Part shown: positions 1-9,187 of the stretch, one piece after another
Layout: every line of letters starts with the position of its first letter
Numbering within the stretch: position 1 is the first letter of the stretch
DNA from: Burkholderiaceae bacterium
GTDB taxonomy: Bacteria; Pseudomonadota; Gammaproteobacteria; Burkholderiales; Burkholderiaceae_C
Length of the DNA: 64,000 nucleotides
NCBI GenBank assembly: GCA_965229345.1
Contig: OZ245872.1
Coordinates: forward strand, 3,094,971 to 3,158,970
Direction: 5' to 3'
Made by a program: the position numbers and the translations under genes
The notes under the pieces: generated by a model
Told to the model about the DNA's origin: nothing
Databases searched by the model: none
The model's input: the letters and a program-made list of their open reading frames with translations, nothing else

Positions 1-531
1 CGGCGCAAGGATGCTGAGGCATCGCCGTACATCAACCATCCGATCGCATTAGCGAATGTTCTGGCCAATGAAGGTGGTGTGCAAGACCTCAACGTGCTGT
101 GCGCTGCGGTGCTGCACGACACCATCGAGGACACGCAGACGACGGCTGAGGAACTGGCGTCGATCTTCGGTGCGAAGGTGACGTCCATCGTCGTTGAACT
201 GACCGACGACAAGTCGCTAGCCAAAGAGGTTCGCAAGCAGCGTCAGGTCGAATACGCTGAACTGATTTCGCGCGAGGCCAAGCTGGTGAAACTGGCCGAC
301 AAGATCTGCAACCTGCGGGACATCCTGGCATCGCCGCCGGACGACTGGTCAGAGGAACGCAAGCAACGCTATTTCGATTGGGCGACGCAGGTGGTGGCGG
401 GGTTGCGCGGGGTGCATCCAGGACTCGACGCCGTGCTGGATGGACTGCTAAGGCAACAGAGAGATTTGGCCGAATCTACCCGGAGGCTCTATCAATCGCT
501 TGCCAACATCGCCAGACCGTCACACCCGTAG
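1..531 (+). CDS. HD-domain (p)ppGpp pyrophosphohydrolase, SpoT/Mesh1-like small alarmone hydrolase (5' end outside window)
   Basis: Frame 1 is open from position 1 (RRKDAEASPYINHPIALANVL...) into tracked ORF 79..531. It carries the HD motif VLHDTIEDT and KLADKICNLRD. No synthetase domain follows. Confidence 0.8.
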   Translation, partial: RRKDAEASPYINHPIALANVLANEGGVQDLNVLCAAVLHDTIEDTQTTAEELASIFGAKVTSIVVELTDDKSLAKEVRKQRQVEYAELISREAKLVKLADKICNLRDILASPPDDWSEERKQRYFDWATQVVAGLRGVHPGLDAVLDGLLRQQRDLAESTRRLYQSLANIARPSHP

Positions 532-878
532 TTACTTTGGGGGATGCGCAGGCTTAGACCGCATCTGTACATTCCTGCCAACCTGTACGGCTGCGGGTAT
601 GAAGCAGGCGTCAATAGACTGACTGGCAATAGCGCGATCTGGCATTGTTTTGGCAGCCTGAGCCTCGAGCTCAGACTTCATCCAATAGCCCCAGCCTGCC
701 AAGAGATATCGATACCGCTAGCACCTGACTCGATTGGATGGCACCCTAGACTTAGGCGAAGGTGCAAAGCTAGAGAAACCACAAAGTCCCCTTTCTTGTA
801 AAAACACCATGACGCGGTGCCTGTCGAGTGCGTGCTCTGGATAATCAGCCCAGATTTAATCCGTAACGGAGGTTTAAT

Positions 879-1733
879 ATGCCGTCGGTAGAATATGACT
901 CGAGTCGCGAGTCTCTTTATTCACCAAGCACGCGCCCGACGCTCTTCGACGCTGAATTTAAGTATTCTGACACACAACTTAGTATTGAGTCGTCTCGGTT
1001 AGCGTATTTGCAGGCCGAGGATTCCGCCATCGAACTTGCGTTGCTTTCCGATGCATTGTCTAGAGTCCAGTTCGCCGATTTGAAACCCTTTAACAGCGCC
1101 AAGACCGGGTCCCAAGGGTTTGGGGCTTATCGCGCTGCCGATAAAACTGCGCTGATCGCTTTTCGCGGAACAGAACCTGAGGAGCTGGCTGATCTGGCCA
1201 CCGTCCTTGAAGCCCATACCGCTCCCTGGACAGAATCCGCAGGACGCGTGCATGCAGGATTCGCATCTGCCGCTCGAGCAGTGTTACCTCAGTTGAATTG
1301 GTGGTTGGAAGAGAAATGTCCAGAGCACTCGCGACTGATTTTGTGCGGCCACAGTCTAGGTGCAGCACTCGCCACGCTGGTAGCGTCGATTCGAAAGCCG
1401 ACGCTGCTATTGACGATAGGGTCACCGCGTGTCGGCAACAGCCAATTTGCATCAACCCTGGACGGTGTCGCAGTAACGCGCTTGGTGAACTGTTGCGACG
1501 TGGTGACTCAGGTTCCGCCAGAGACGCCCTGGTATGTTCATGTCGGCTCGACCACTTACATCGATCGCCACGGCGAGGTAAGCACCAAATCAAGCACTGC
1601 AGATGAGCTTGAGGATCGAAACCATGCAAGGGCAGAGTACTTTGCGCACTATGCAGGGAGGACTGGTTCAGTGCTGCTGCGCGATTTGGCAGATCACTCG
1701 CCCATCAACTACGCCCGAGCATTCTTTCCATGA
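879..1733 (+). CDS. class 3 lipase family protein (alpha/beta hydrolase)
   Basis: Nucleophile elbow CGHSLGAALA (GxSxG), with AFRGTEP and VHAGF motifs typical of Lipase_3. GGAGG-like RBS (acggaggttt) upstream. No obvious signal peptide. Confidence 0.8.
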   Translation: MPSVEYDSSRESLYSPSTRPTLFDAEFKYSDTQLSIESSRLAYLQAEDSAIELALLSDALSRVQFADLKPFNSAKTGSQGFGAYRAADKTALIAFRGTEPEELADLATVLEAHTAPWTESAGRVHAGFASAARAVLPQLNWWLEEKCPEHSRLILCGHSLGAALATLVASIRKPTLLLTIGSPRVGNSQFASTLDGVAVTRLVNCCDVVTQVPPETPWYVHVGSTTYIDRHGEVSTKSSTADELEDRNHARAEYFAHYAGRTGSVLLRDLADHSPINYARAFFP

Positions 1734-3196
1734 TCCTCAGCGTCTACGCTCAGGCTGTTGAATCCGAGACGATTCAACTTTGGGTCGGCATGTTCGGGAC
1801 CGAGGCCCCGCCGACACCGCAATTCGTCATTGACAGGACGCCTGCTCAGCCGCTCGTTGCGACTGCGATGACTCCTATTCGCGATCAGCAGGTCGGCGCA
1901 AGCGGCAAAGCTCTAAACCATCGCGGAATCTTCAGGTTTTCCGTTGCCGAAGCAGGGCTGCCGCACTTAGTCGAAGTACAGGCTGGGGATGTGCATCGAG
2001 AGATCGCCACCAGCACATTGCCAAAGGAGCTACCTCAAGCCCTGAGCGGGAGCTTCAATGTATTGCTGTGTTCTTGCTACTTCCAGCCAGAGGATACGAG
2101 TGGATTACTCGGGACGATCGTCTCTCAAATCCAGTTGAAGCCCCATCTCACGGTGATGGCTGGAGACCAAGTGTATCTGGATCTGCCACTGTTAGAAGAT
2201 TTACCAGAGAAAGAACCGGCATTATCAAAAGTACTGGGTGACAAGTACTTAAGAAACTGGGCGTCTTCGTCACTCCGAATCCCAGGTTTGGAGCCAGTTC
2301 TCACACGCGCGCCAGTGGTCAACGTACCGGACGATCACGAATTCTGGAACAACTTCCCATTCCCGCAAAAGCAACTGCCTAACACCTGGGATCAGACCAT
2401 CCGCGATAGGTGGCAAAGAGCAGCGCAGTCTCTTTATGAAGATTACCAATTAGCTACCAACCCAACGCAGGCAGGTGCGATTCGCCTAGATGTCGATCCG
2501 CTAAAGATGCTCTTTCTCGACATGCGTTGCACTCGAGACAATGAGTTCAAGACGCTGATGAATCCAATGGCAGCGGCAGCTTTGACTACTTGGGTAAACG
2601 ACCTCCGCCAAGACAAGGCAGACGGACTCCCGGCGGTAGGGTTACTTTCGTCCGGACAGGCGCTGTTTATCGATCCTCCAGTCGATAACGGTAAAAAGCG
2701 TGACGTGGACGCGGAAATGGGAAACTACGACCAGTTCTCAATAATTGAAAAGGCTTTAACCGATTTGGCAGATGACGGTATACCCGTTGTCTATCTGACG
2801 GGAGATGTCCATTGGGGACGCATTGCGAGTGCTGATGATCAACTCCGCAGAAATCGCAAGTGCCTCTATGAGGTGATCTGTTCGCCTTCACGCCTGATTC
2901 GGGTTCCATTCCTGGACTCCGCCAAAGAATCGGTCAACGTTGTGAAGGGAATTTTTGGCAAGAAGGACTCGTGGCCTCGTCACAGCGATCCAGAGCAGCC
3001 TCCGAAATACTTCGGATCGACTCGTCGCTTCAAACTAGCTGGCGAGTGCGAACAGCGTGGTGATCATGTAGCCGTGATTTCATTCACTCGCGCCGGGACG
3101 GGCGTCGACTTTCAAGTCAGTTTCTTCGGCATTCACCAAGATAAATCGACAGCAAAGTCTCGAACAGCCGGGCCGTACCAACTGCGACCCATTTAA
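1730..3196 (+). CDS. PhoD-like / calcineurin-like metallophosphatase, apparently cytoplasmic
   Basis: Motifs FNVLLCSCYF, AGDQVYLD, VPDDHEFWNN and LTGDVHWGR resemble the metal-ligand motifs of PhoD-type phosphodiesterases. There is no twin-arginine signal. The ATG overlaps the lipase stop (ATGA at 1730-1733). Confidence 0.55.
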   Translation: MILSVYAQAVESETIQLWVGMFGTEAPPTPQFVIDRTPAQPLVATAMTPIRDQQVGASGKALNHRGIFRFSVAEAGLPHLVEVQAGDVHREIATSTLPKELPQALSGSFNVLLCSCYFQPEDTSGLLGTIVSQIQLKPHLTVMAGDQVYLDLPLLEDLPEKEPALSKVLGDKYLRNWASSSLRIPGLEPVLTRAPVVNVPDDHEFWNNFPFPQKQLPNTWDQTIRDRWQRAAQSLYEDYQLATNPTQAGAIRLDVDPLKMLFLDMRCTRDNEFKTLMNPMAAAALTTWVNDLRQDKADGLPAVGLLSSGQALFIDPPVDNGKKRDVDAEMGNYDQFSIIEKALTDLADDGIPVVYLTGDVHWGRIASADDQLRRNRKCLYEVICSPSRLIRVPFLDSAKESVNVVKGIFGKKDSWPRHSDPEQPPKYFGSTRRFKLAGECEQRGDHVAVISFTRAGTGVDFQVSFFGIHQDKSTAKSRTAGPYQLRPI

Positions 3197-3208
3197 GGAC
3201 TTCACTTC

Positions 3209-3982
3209 ATGCTTAGACAAGCTCGCTCCTCTTCATCTGATAGGAACCCTCAATTCACGTCGCTCGCCCGCAAATCTAAGGAATCCAACACAGCCTGGGG
3301 TGCAAGGGCTGTGACCCAAATGCAAGCGGGCGACCCGGGGAAGTGGACTTACGTAGTGTTGCTAGGCGGCAGCGATTCAATGGCTTTCCGTCTGCGAGTG
3401 GCGCAATCACATCTTCGTGGCGACATGCTGCCCTCTTACTGGTCGCACTCGATACTGGTGGAACTCAAGGAAGGCTCAGTCGAGACTGCCCAGGCCATAC
3501 ATGTTCCCCTGATTCAGCCAGAAGGCCCTCAGTTCTCGACCCGAACTAATGGCGTGGTGGCACAACCGTTGACAGACTTTGATGACCCGAAGCGTTTTCC
3601 AAACATCGCAGTGATCGCTCTACCCGTTCCACAAGCAGAGATTCTGAAACGCGTCGAGGACTTTCGGAGATCGAGATCGACACTTGACGCGTTGGAGCAC
3701 GTCCTTCGCTGGCTGGCATTCGCGTGGGGCGCAGCACGCACCCCTAATCCGCTCCACGAAAATTTTGGCCTCCCTTCGGCATGCATGCTGGAAACCGTCT
3801 GCGCGGCAGCAAATTTCGATCTGACTCCAGGGCTTGAGGCACGCGCTTCTTGTCCGGAAGCTATTTGGGTCGCTGCGCTTTACTGGCAAGACTATTTCGA
3901 GCAATTCAATGGAAATGCACCGACCGGACGGTACTGCATCGCCCATAAGTACCCAATCGTCGAGCCCGCCCTATCGAGCTAG
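3209..3982 (+). CDS. hypothetical protein, third gene of the lipase/phosphatase cassette
   Basis: 257-aa ORF starting 12 nt after the phosphatase stop, same strand. No recognisable motif. The start is uncertain (alternative ATG at 3320). Confidence 0.45.
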   Translation: MLRQARSSSSDRNPQFTSLARKSKESNTAWGARAVTQMQAGDPGKWTYVVLLGGSDSMAFRLRVAQSHLRGDMLPSYWSHSILVELKEGSVETAQAIHVPLIQPEGPQFSTRTNGVVAQPLTDFDDPKRFPNIAVIALPVPQAEILKRVEDFRRSRSTLDALEHVLRWLAFAWGAARTPNPLHENFGLPSACMLETVCAAANFDLTPGLEARASCPEAIWVAALYWQDYFEQFNGNAPTGRYCIAHKYPIVEPALSS

Positions 3983-4390
3983 CAAACCGTTGAATTTCAC
4001 CCGCGAGTCAGGAAATGGCCTGTGTGGACAGGAGATGGAAACTTGATTAAGTTTTAGACTCGGCTATCGAACCTCAGATAGCTGTGGTCGCAAGGTAGCC
4101 GGCTCCCCATTGAACTCGAGAACCCACCAAGCAACGGCCGCACCAGCATCCGTCCCGAAGCGCCGGCCAGCGGTTGGCTCCAGAGTAGCAAGCAATCTTC
4201 CTGCATCTCTAAGGAAAGGATGTCCGAAGAGCATTAGGACTTCTTTTACTCGCGATGCAACTGCATTTTTATCTCCTTGGCGCACATCAGCCTCCAGAGC
4301 ACGCAATGCCACGACGGAGTTGGCCTCTGCAAACTAGGTGGCGCTGAGGAAGTTGGTCGCGCGCTTTGCACCAGCTCCGGGCTTCACCTG

Positions 4391-4927
4391 ATGGAACGCC
4401 ACCTGCACACGCTGAGCCCGGACTCGATCGACGAGTTGCGCGGGATGCTGCGCATAGGAGTCCAGTGGGATGTCGACGCGACCGATGGGACCGTTGAGCC
4501 GAGGCCGAGGGCGTCACACGTTTTCTGCTCTGCACTCCCTGTGGCTTACAGCCCGATCCCGCCACGCCGCTGGAAGACCTTTGCGACGCTCGTTTTGGAG
4601 GCCGCTTACGAGGCCACGATGTGGTCGGCAGTGCTGAACACGCGTTCGAATGGCACGAACGTCGCTCTGCTCACCAGGCTGGGCGGTGGCGCATTCGCCA
4701 ACGACAATGACTGGATCGATGCTGCGATGAACCGGACCCTTCAAACGGTGTCAGGCTTCGAACTCGGCGTCAGGCTCGTTAGCCACGGGGTGGCCTCACT
4801 CGTCAACTTCGCAGAAACTCGACCCCAACAGGCCGCCACGACGTGGCCGGAGTGCCTGCCGCGCGAGCGGTTTAGTCCCCCGACCCAAACCTGCCAGCCG
4901 CGTTGCTCCAAAGCGGCCGGACGGTGA
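4391..4927 (+). CDS. macro-domain / microbial PARG-like (TIGR02452-like) protein, possibly truncated
   Basis: The segment LLTRLGGGAFANDNDWIDAAM resembles the GxGxFxN glycine-rich loop of macro/PARG-like proteins. The tracked ORF starts at 4277, but an internal ATG at 4391 is more plausible. Weak call. Confidence 0.3.
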   Translation: MERHLHTLSPDSIDELRGMLRIGVQWDVDATDGTVEPRPRASHVFCSALPVAYSPIPPRRWKTFATLVLEAAYEATMWSAVLNTRSNGTNVALLTRLGGGAFANDNDWIDAAMNRTLQTVSGFELGVRLVSHGVASLVNFAETRPQQAATTWPECLPRERFSPPTQTCQPRCSKAAGR

Positions 4928-5015
4928 GCCATCGTTTTCTTGTTTAGCTTTTCGACGCGGCTGTTGGTAACGTCAAACACCCTAAAGCTTTCATACAGCC
5001 CGCAGAATTTCCGGG

Positions 5016-6053
5016 CTAAATGGGCGGCTTCCCGGCGACCAACGCTACTAGCGTAGTGCCAATTGCGTCATAGCCGGAGACTGCACTAAGAACAACCGCG
5101 CTCGTCCATAGCAGTTTCTTATTCTGAATGAGCCTGTGGCGATGGGCAGCATAGACGAATCGGCTCACGAATAGGACGCTTGCCCGGCCAATTACCAGTG
5201 CCACTGGGACAACGAATGCAAAGCAAGAGAATAGGATCGCTGGGGTGCTGGCGACGAGTAATGATGCGCTGTTTTCTGTCCAGCGGTACTGAACGTCGGG
5301 TGGAAAACTTATCTGAGCGTGATAAAACTTAACTTGATCAATGATCCACAACATCGCGCCAATCAATACGGCCATCTTGATCGGAGCAAGGATCGCAGTC
5401 GATATTGGATATCGTTTCCCGAGTTTTCTCATATCATTTCGCATTTGGGATAGCGCCAAGTAATCCGTCAGAAGGTTTATCCAAATGGTCGACCCGCTAG
5501 CTGCCGAAATAAGATAGCTTGGCAGATCGTGGATATATGGCCTCGATACCCTCGCGAAAACAACAACAGTGGGTACCAATAGTGCCAGTACAGCCGCAGT
5601 CGTTGGAGACCGCCCCCTCAATATCGTCGGAATTCCTGTTCCCGCAATTAGCGCAAAGCAGAACATGTCATAACGAATCGAATCGCCGGCTATGGTCAAC
5701 AGGATAGAACTTGGATTATGGTAAGCATCCACCCAAAACGGGCTAGTAGCTATAACTAATGCTGCGGTTACACAATATGAGACCACGACTGAAGTACTTA
5801 TCGCCCGCCAAGAAATGATATTATCGCCAAGCATGCGATTGGCCACTCGATCAGCGATCTCGTAAGATTTTCGCAGAACCTCGCGTGCTTTCTCGACTAA
5901 ACCGCCGTCCAGGTCGGACAGTCGCACCCACCAAGCCTGCAGTCGGTCCTCTACTTGCTTCTCCTCGTCCTCATACAGAAACGCTGCTGCGTACGCAACC
6001 ACCAGCGCGGCGGTGGCAGCTAGAACCTGAAGGGCGACCAGCAGCGGGTCCAT
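5016..6053 (-). CDS. polytopic inner-membrane protein, unknown function
   Basis: 345-aa ORF with about 8 hydrophobic helices and a charged N-proximal loop (EDEEKQVEDRLQAWW). Visibly lower G+C than the flanks. No known motif. Confidence 0.55.
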   Translation of the reverse strand: MDPLLVALQVLAATAALVVAYAAAFLYEDEEKQVEDRLQAWWVRLSDLDGGLVEKAREVLRKSYEIADRVANRMLGDNIISWRAISTSVVVSYCVTAALVIATSPFWVDAYHNPSSILLTIAGDSIRYDMFCFALIAGTGIPTILRGRSPTTAAVLALLVPTVVVFARVSRPYIHDLPSYLISAASGSTIWINLLTDYLALSQMRNDMRKLGKRYPISTAILAPIKMAVLIGAMLWIIDQVKFYHAQISFPPDVQYRWTENSASLLVASTPAILFSCFAFVVPVALVIGRASVLFVSRFVYAAHRHRLIQNKKLLWTSAVVLSAVSGYDAIGTTLVALVAGKPPI

Positions 6054-6362
6054 ATCACTGACAAGAGTTTCGGATTTTTAACGCTACCCTAAGAGGTACG
6101 GTTAGGAAAGATCTCAAGTGCTTGACTAAGGGTGAGCCTGACCTCTGCGCTCTGCGCGGCCAAACGCACCGTTGCGAGCCAGGCGCTCGCAACGGCGGCT
6201 CCAGGACGAAGCGCGCGGCAATGCGCGGCACCGCCAACATGCTGGTCTCGGACAACGCGGGCGCCGCGTCGGCCAGTCGTGGCGGCCGATGCACCAAGGC
6301 CAATCAGCGCGGTTCGCTTACTGTTGCGCACAAAGCCCGATGCGGCTCAACATGTGGCTCAG

Positions 6363-6686
6363 CGTCTTAACGAATGGTGGCGGTTTCGTCGCGCTGACGG
6401 CACTCCCTGGGGCCTCGCCGGTCTGTGGAACACCTGGACCGATCCGGCGACCGGTGAATGGATTGAGAGCTACACGATGCTCACGATCAATTTGGACGCG
6501 CATCCGCTGATGCGCCGCATGCACAAGCCCAACCCGAAGTTGGGCGCCAACGAGCAGGACAAGCGCAGCGTCGTGGTGATCGAAGCCGCAGATTTCGATG
6601 CCTGGCTGACCGGCTCCGTAGACGATGCCAAAACCTTGATCCACCTGGCACCGGTGGAGGTGTTGTTGGCCGGGCCCGACGGCTGA
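6363..6686 (+). pseudogene. SOS-response-associated peptidase (SRAP/YedK, DUF159) C-terminal fragment
   Basis: PWGLAGLWNTWTDPATGEWIESYTMLTINLDAHPLMRRMHKP...RSVVVIEAADFDAWL matches the C-terminal half of SRAP proteins. The upstream part of ORF 6132..6686 has no SRAP-like sequence, and the catalytic N-terminal MCGR is absent. Confidence 0.65.
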
Positions 6687-7003
6687 CGCCGATACCTCGA
6701 CACCACAGCATTTCAGATCATCCGCCGCTGTCCTTCGAGCGGAATCCCCTGCCTCAGCCATTCGACCGCCGCGTTCTCAGGATCGAGTTGCTGCCGGCGC
6801 GGTTCGTGGTGCACCTCCACCGCACGTTCATCGCGCTACGCGCGCGGTAACCGCGGCCATTGCGCATGCAGTCGTGCCGTGAACCATGCCATCCTCGAGA
6901 TCTTGGCTACAGTCGGCAGCAGCTTTGATGAGCATGGGTTCTCCACGAAATCGACGAATTCAACCAGATGCAAAGCGAAACGCTATGGTCAGCCTGGCGC
7001 TCT

Positions 7004-7024
7004 TTTGATTAATTAAACGTAGCT
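7004..7024 (+). repeat. 21-nt AT-rich motif, copy 1 (TTTGATTAATTAAACGTAGCT), 46 nt upstream of the 7070 start
   Basis: 19/21 identical to 7684..7704. Contains a TTGATT -35-like hexamer. Confidence 0.6.
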
Positions 7025-7069
7025 TCACTGTTATGATCTTTACATGTACAGCCCTTCCCAGCTCACTCA

Positions 7070-7666
7070 ATGAGGATCCCCCGCCTGCACCTGTCGCTAG
7101 GCCAGATCGCCTGGGCGATCAACCTGGGCGAGCCTGCGCCGCGTCATTTGCTGGATCGCTTGAATTACCTGCGCCAACTCGGCATCCCCCTCAATCGCGA
7201 CCAGCGCGGTGCTGGCAGCGGCAACCGGGTGCCCTACGACTATGACGACCTGATCGAGTGCGGTGTCGCCCTGTTCGCCCTGGAGAGCGGCATGAAGCCC
7301 GCCGACGTCAGCAAGGTGCTCGTCGGTGAACGTCCGACCAGGCGAAAGACCTACCGCAAGGCGCTGCAGGTGCTGCCTGATCTGGCTTTGACTGCTCCAT
7401 GGGTCAAGAGCCGCGGCAAGACCGTGCCAATGATCGCCGATGAGGTCTGGCTGCGTCTGCACAACCGCTATTCGGAGACGCCCGGGACCTTTGAGGTGCT
7501 CGGCCCTCTGAAGGGCGATCCGCCTGCCGGTGGGTCGATCTTCGATCCGGTCGAGCGCTTTGCCGATGGGCTGACCTTTCGTCTGGTGCCGCTGACGCGG
7601 CTGGCGCTGCAGTGGACCGCCTGGGCGCTGGAGGCACCGCAGACTCGCACCGGGCCGCGCACCTGA
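7070..7666 (+). CDS. hypothetical protein with MerR-like N-terminal HTH (phage/element regulator?)
   Basis: The N-terminus LSLGQIAWAINLGEPAPRHLLDRLNYLRQLGIP resembles a MerR-type HTH. It is the first gene of the methylase-terminase block. Confidence 0.4.
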   Translation: MRIPRLHLSLGQIAWAINLGEPAPRHLLDRLNYLRQLGIPLNRDQRGAGSGNRVPYDYDDLIECGVALFALESGMKPADVSKVLVGERPTRRKTYRKALQVLPDLALTAPWVKSRGKTVPMIADEVWLRLHNRYSETPGTFEVLGPLKGDPPAGGSIFDPVERFADGLTFRLVPLTRLALQWTAWALEAPQTRTGPRT

Positions 7667-7683
7667 TGTGGATGTTGTTTTGC

Positions 7684-7704
7684 TTTGATTATTTAAACGT
7701 AGTT
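7684..7704 (+). repeat. 21-nt AT-rich motif, copy 2 (TTTGATTATTTAAACGTAGTT), 71 nt upstream of the 7775 start
   Basis: 19/21 identical to 7004..7024. Confidence 0.6.
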
Positions 7705-7774
7705 GTACTCTTTTCTGGTTCGGTTTGTTGTTGGTTGGTTCGTTCCATCGATTCACTTCACAAAGGATTCATCC

Positions 7775-9187
7775 ATGTCTGCCCTTGCAACGGTTCCTGG
7801 CTCTGCCGCTTCTCCGGCGTCGCTACCGCGCTTCCGCCCCACCATCGTCACGCTGCCTGTCGATTCGATTCAGCTGGATCCGGGCAACCCTCGTCAGCAC
7901 TCGACCAAGCAGATCGGTCAGATCGCTCGCAGCATTTCTACCTTTGGCTTCAACGTGCCGCTGCTGATCGACCCGTCGTCGAAGTTGATTGCCGGTCATG
8001 GTCGCTTGCTGGCGTGCCGCAAGCTGGGCTGGACCGAGGTGCCGACGATCTGCCTGGACCACCTGAGCGAGGCCCAGGCTCGGGCCTTCATGATCACCGA
8101 CAACAAGCTGACCGAGAACTCGACCTGGGACGACAAGCTGTTGGCCGAGAGCCTGAAGGCCTTGTCGGTGCTGGATCTGGATTTCTCGCTCGAGGTGCTG
8201 GGCTTCGAGATGGGGGAGCTTGATTGCCGGATTCAGGGATTGGACGGTGGCGTCGAGTCGGATGTGGCCGATGTGCTGCCACCGCCCTCCTCTGCTTCGG
8301 TGCCTGCAGTCTCAGTGGTTGGTGATCTGTGGGTGCTGGGATCACACCGCATCCTGTGTGCAGACAGCTTGCTCGCCGCTTCGTATGAAAGGTTGATGGC
8401 AGGTTCGCTGGCCACGATGGTGTTCGAGGACCCGCCGTACAACGTGGCGATCGACGGTCACGTCGGCGGCAAGGGTGCGATCAAGCACCGCGAGTTCGCG
8501 ATGGGCTGCGGCGAGATGAGCTCGGCCGAGTTCACACAGTTCCTGACGGTGGTGTTCGGCCACGCAGCACGCCACAGCACGAATGGATCGATCCACTACC
8601 AGTGCATGGACTGGCGCCATGTCGCCGAGATCACAGCCGCTGGCGCGTCGTCATACAGCGCGCTGAAGAACATCTGTGTGTGGAGCAAGAACGTAGGTGG
8701 CATGGGCTCGCTGTACCGCTCGCGCCACGAGTTGATCTTCGTGTTCAAGAACGGCACGGCGGCGCACATCAACAACGTGGAGCTGGGTCGCCATGGCCGC
8801 TACCGCACCAATGTCTGGGAATACAGCAGCATCGCGTCGACGCGCAAGGCGACCGATGAGGGTGATCTGTTGGCGATGCACCCGACGGTCAAGCCAGTGC
8901 GTCTGGTGGCGGATGCGATCCTGGATGTGTCGAAGCGCGGTGACATCGTGTTGGATGCGTTCCTCGGCAGCGGCAGCACGCTGATCGCGGCGCAGCGTAC
9001 CGGGCGGGTTTGCCACGGGATGGAGATCGATCCGCTGTATGTCGACACCGCCATTCGTCGTTGGCAGGCGGACACCGGGGGTGATGCGATCCTGGCGGCG
9101 ACGGGTGAAACGTTCGCCGAGGTCGAGAACCGCCGCAAGGCGGAAGCCGAAGCCTCCAGCACCGAAGGAGTCGGCCATGGCGTCTGA
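7775..9187 (+). CDS. ParB-like nuclease domain fused to N6/N4 DNA methyltransferase (phage-type)
   Basis: N-terminal ParB-like domain (LDPGNPRQHSTKQIGQIARSI, LIAGHGRL), catalytic DPPYN motif (VFEDPPYNV) and C-terminal AdoMet motif DAFLGSGST. Start taken at the internal ATG 7775 (MSALATVP) of ORF 7703..9187. Confidence 0.85.
   Translation: MSALATVPGSAASPASLPRFRPTIVTLPVDSIQLDPGNPRQHSTKQIGQIARSISTFGFNVPLLIDPSSKLIAGHGRLLACRKLGWTEVPTICLDHLSEAQARAFMITDNKLTENSTWDDKLLAESLKALSVLDLDFSLEVLGFEMGELDCRIQGLDGGVESDVADVLPPPSSASVPAVSVVGDLWVLGSHRILCADSLLAASYERLMAGSLATMVFEDPPYNVAIDGHVGGKGAIKHREFAMGCGEMSSAEFTQFLTVVFGHAARHSTNGSIHYQCMDWRHVAEITAAGASSYSALKNICVWSKNVGGMGSLYRSRHELIFVFKNGTAAHINNVELGRHGRYRTNVWEYSSIASTRKATDEGDLLAMHPTVKPVRLVADAILDVSKRGDIVLDAFLGSGSTLIAAQRTGRVCHGMEIDPLYVDTAIRRWQADTGGDAILAATGETFAEVENRRKAEAEASSTEGVGHGV

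Noticed and set aside
544-801. 85-aa + ORF, plus a hand-found 49-aa minus-strand ORF (532..681)
   Set aside because: Both are short and lack an RBS or any motif, in an AT-richer intergenic stretch. Nothing supports either as coding.
6132-6362. N-terminal part of the SRAP-containing ORF as a real coding extension
   Set aside because: It is Ala/Arg/Pro-rich with no SRAP similarity and no catalytic Cys2, so it is treated as read-through into a fragment.
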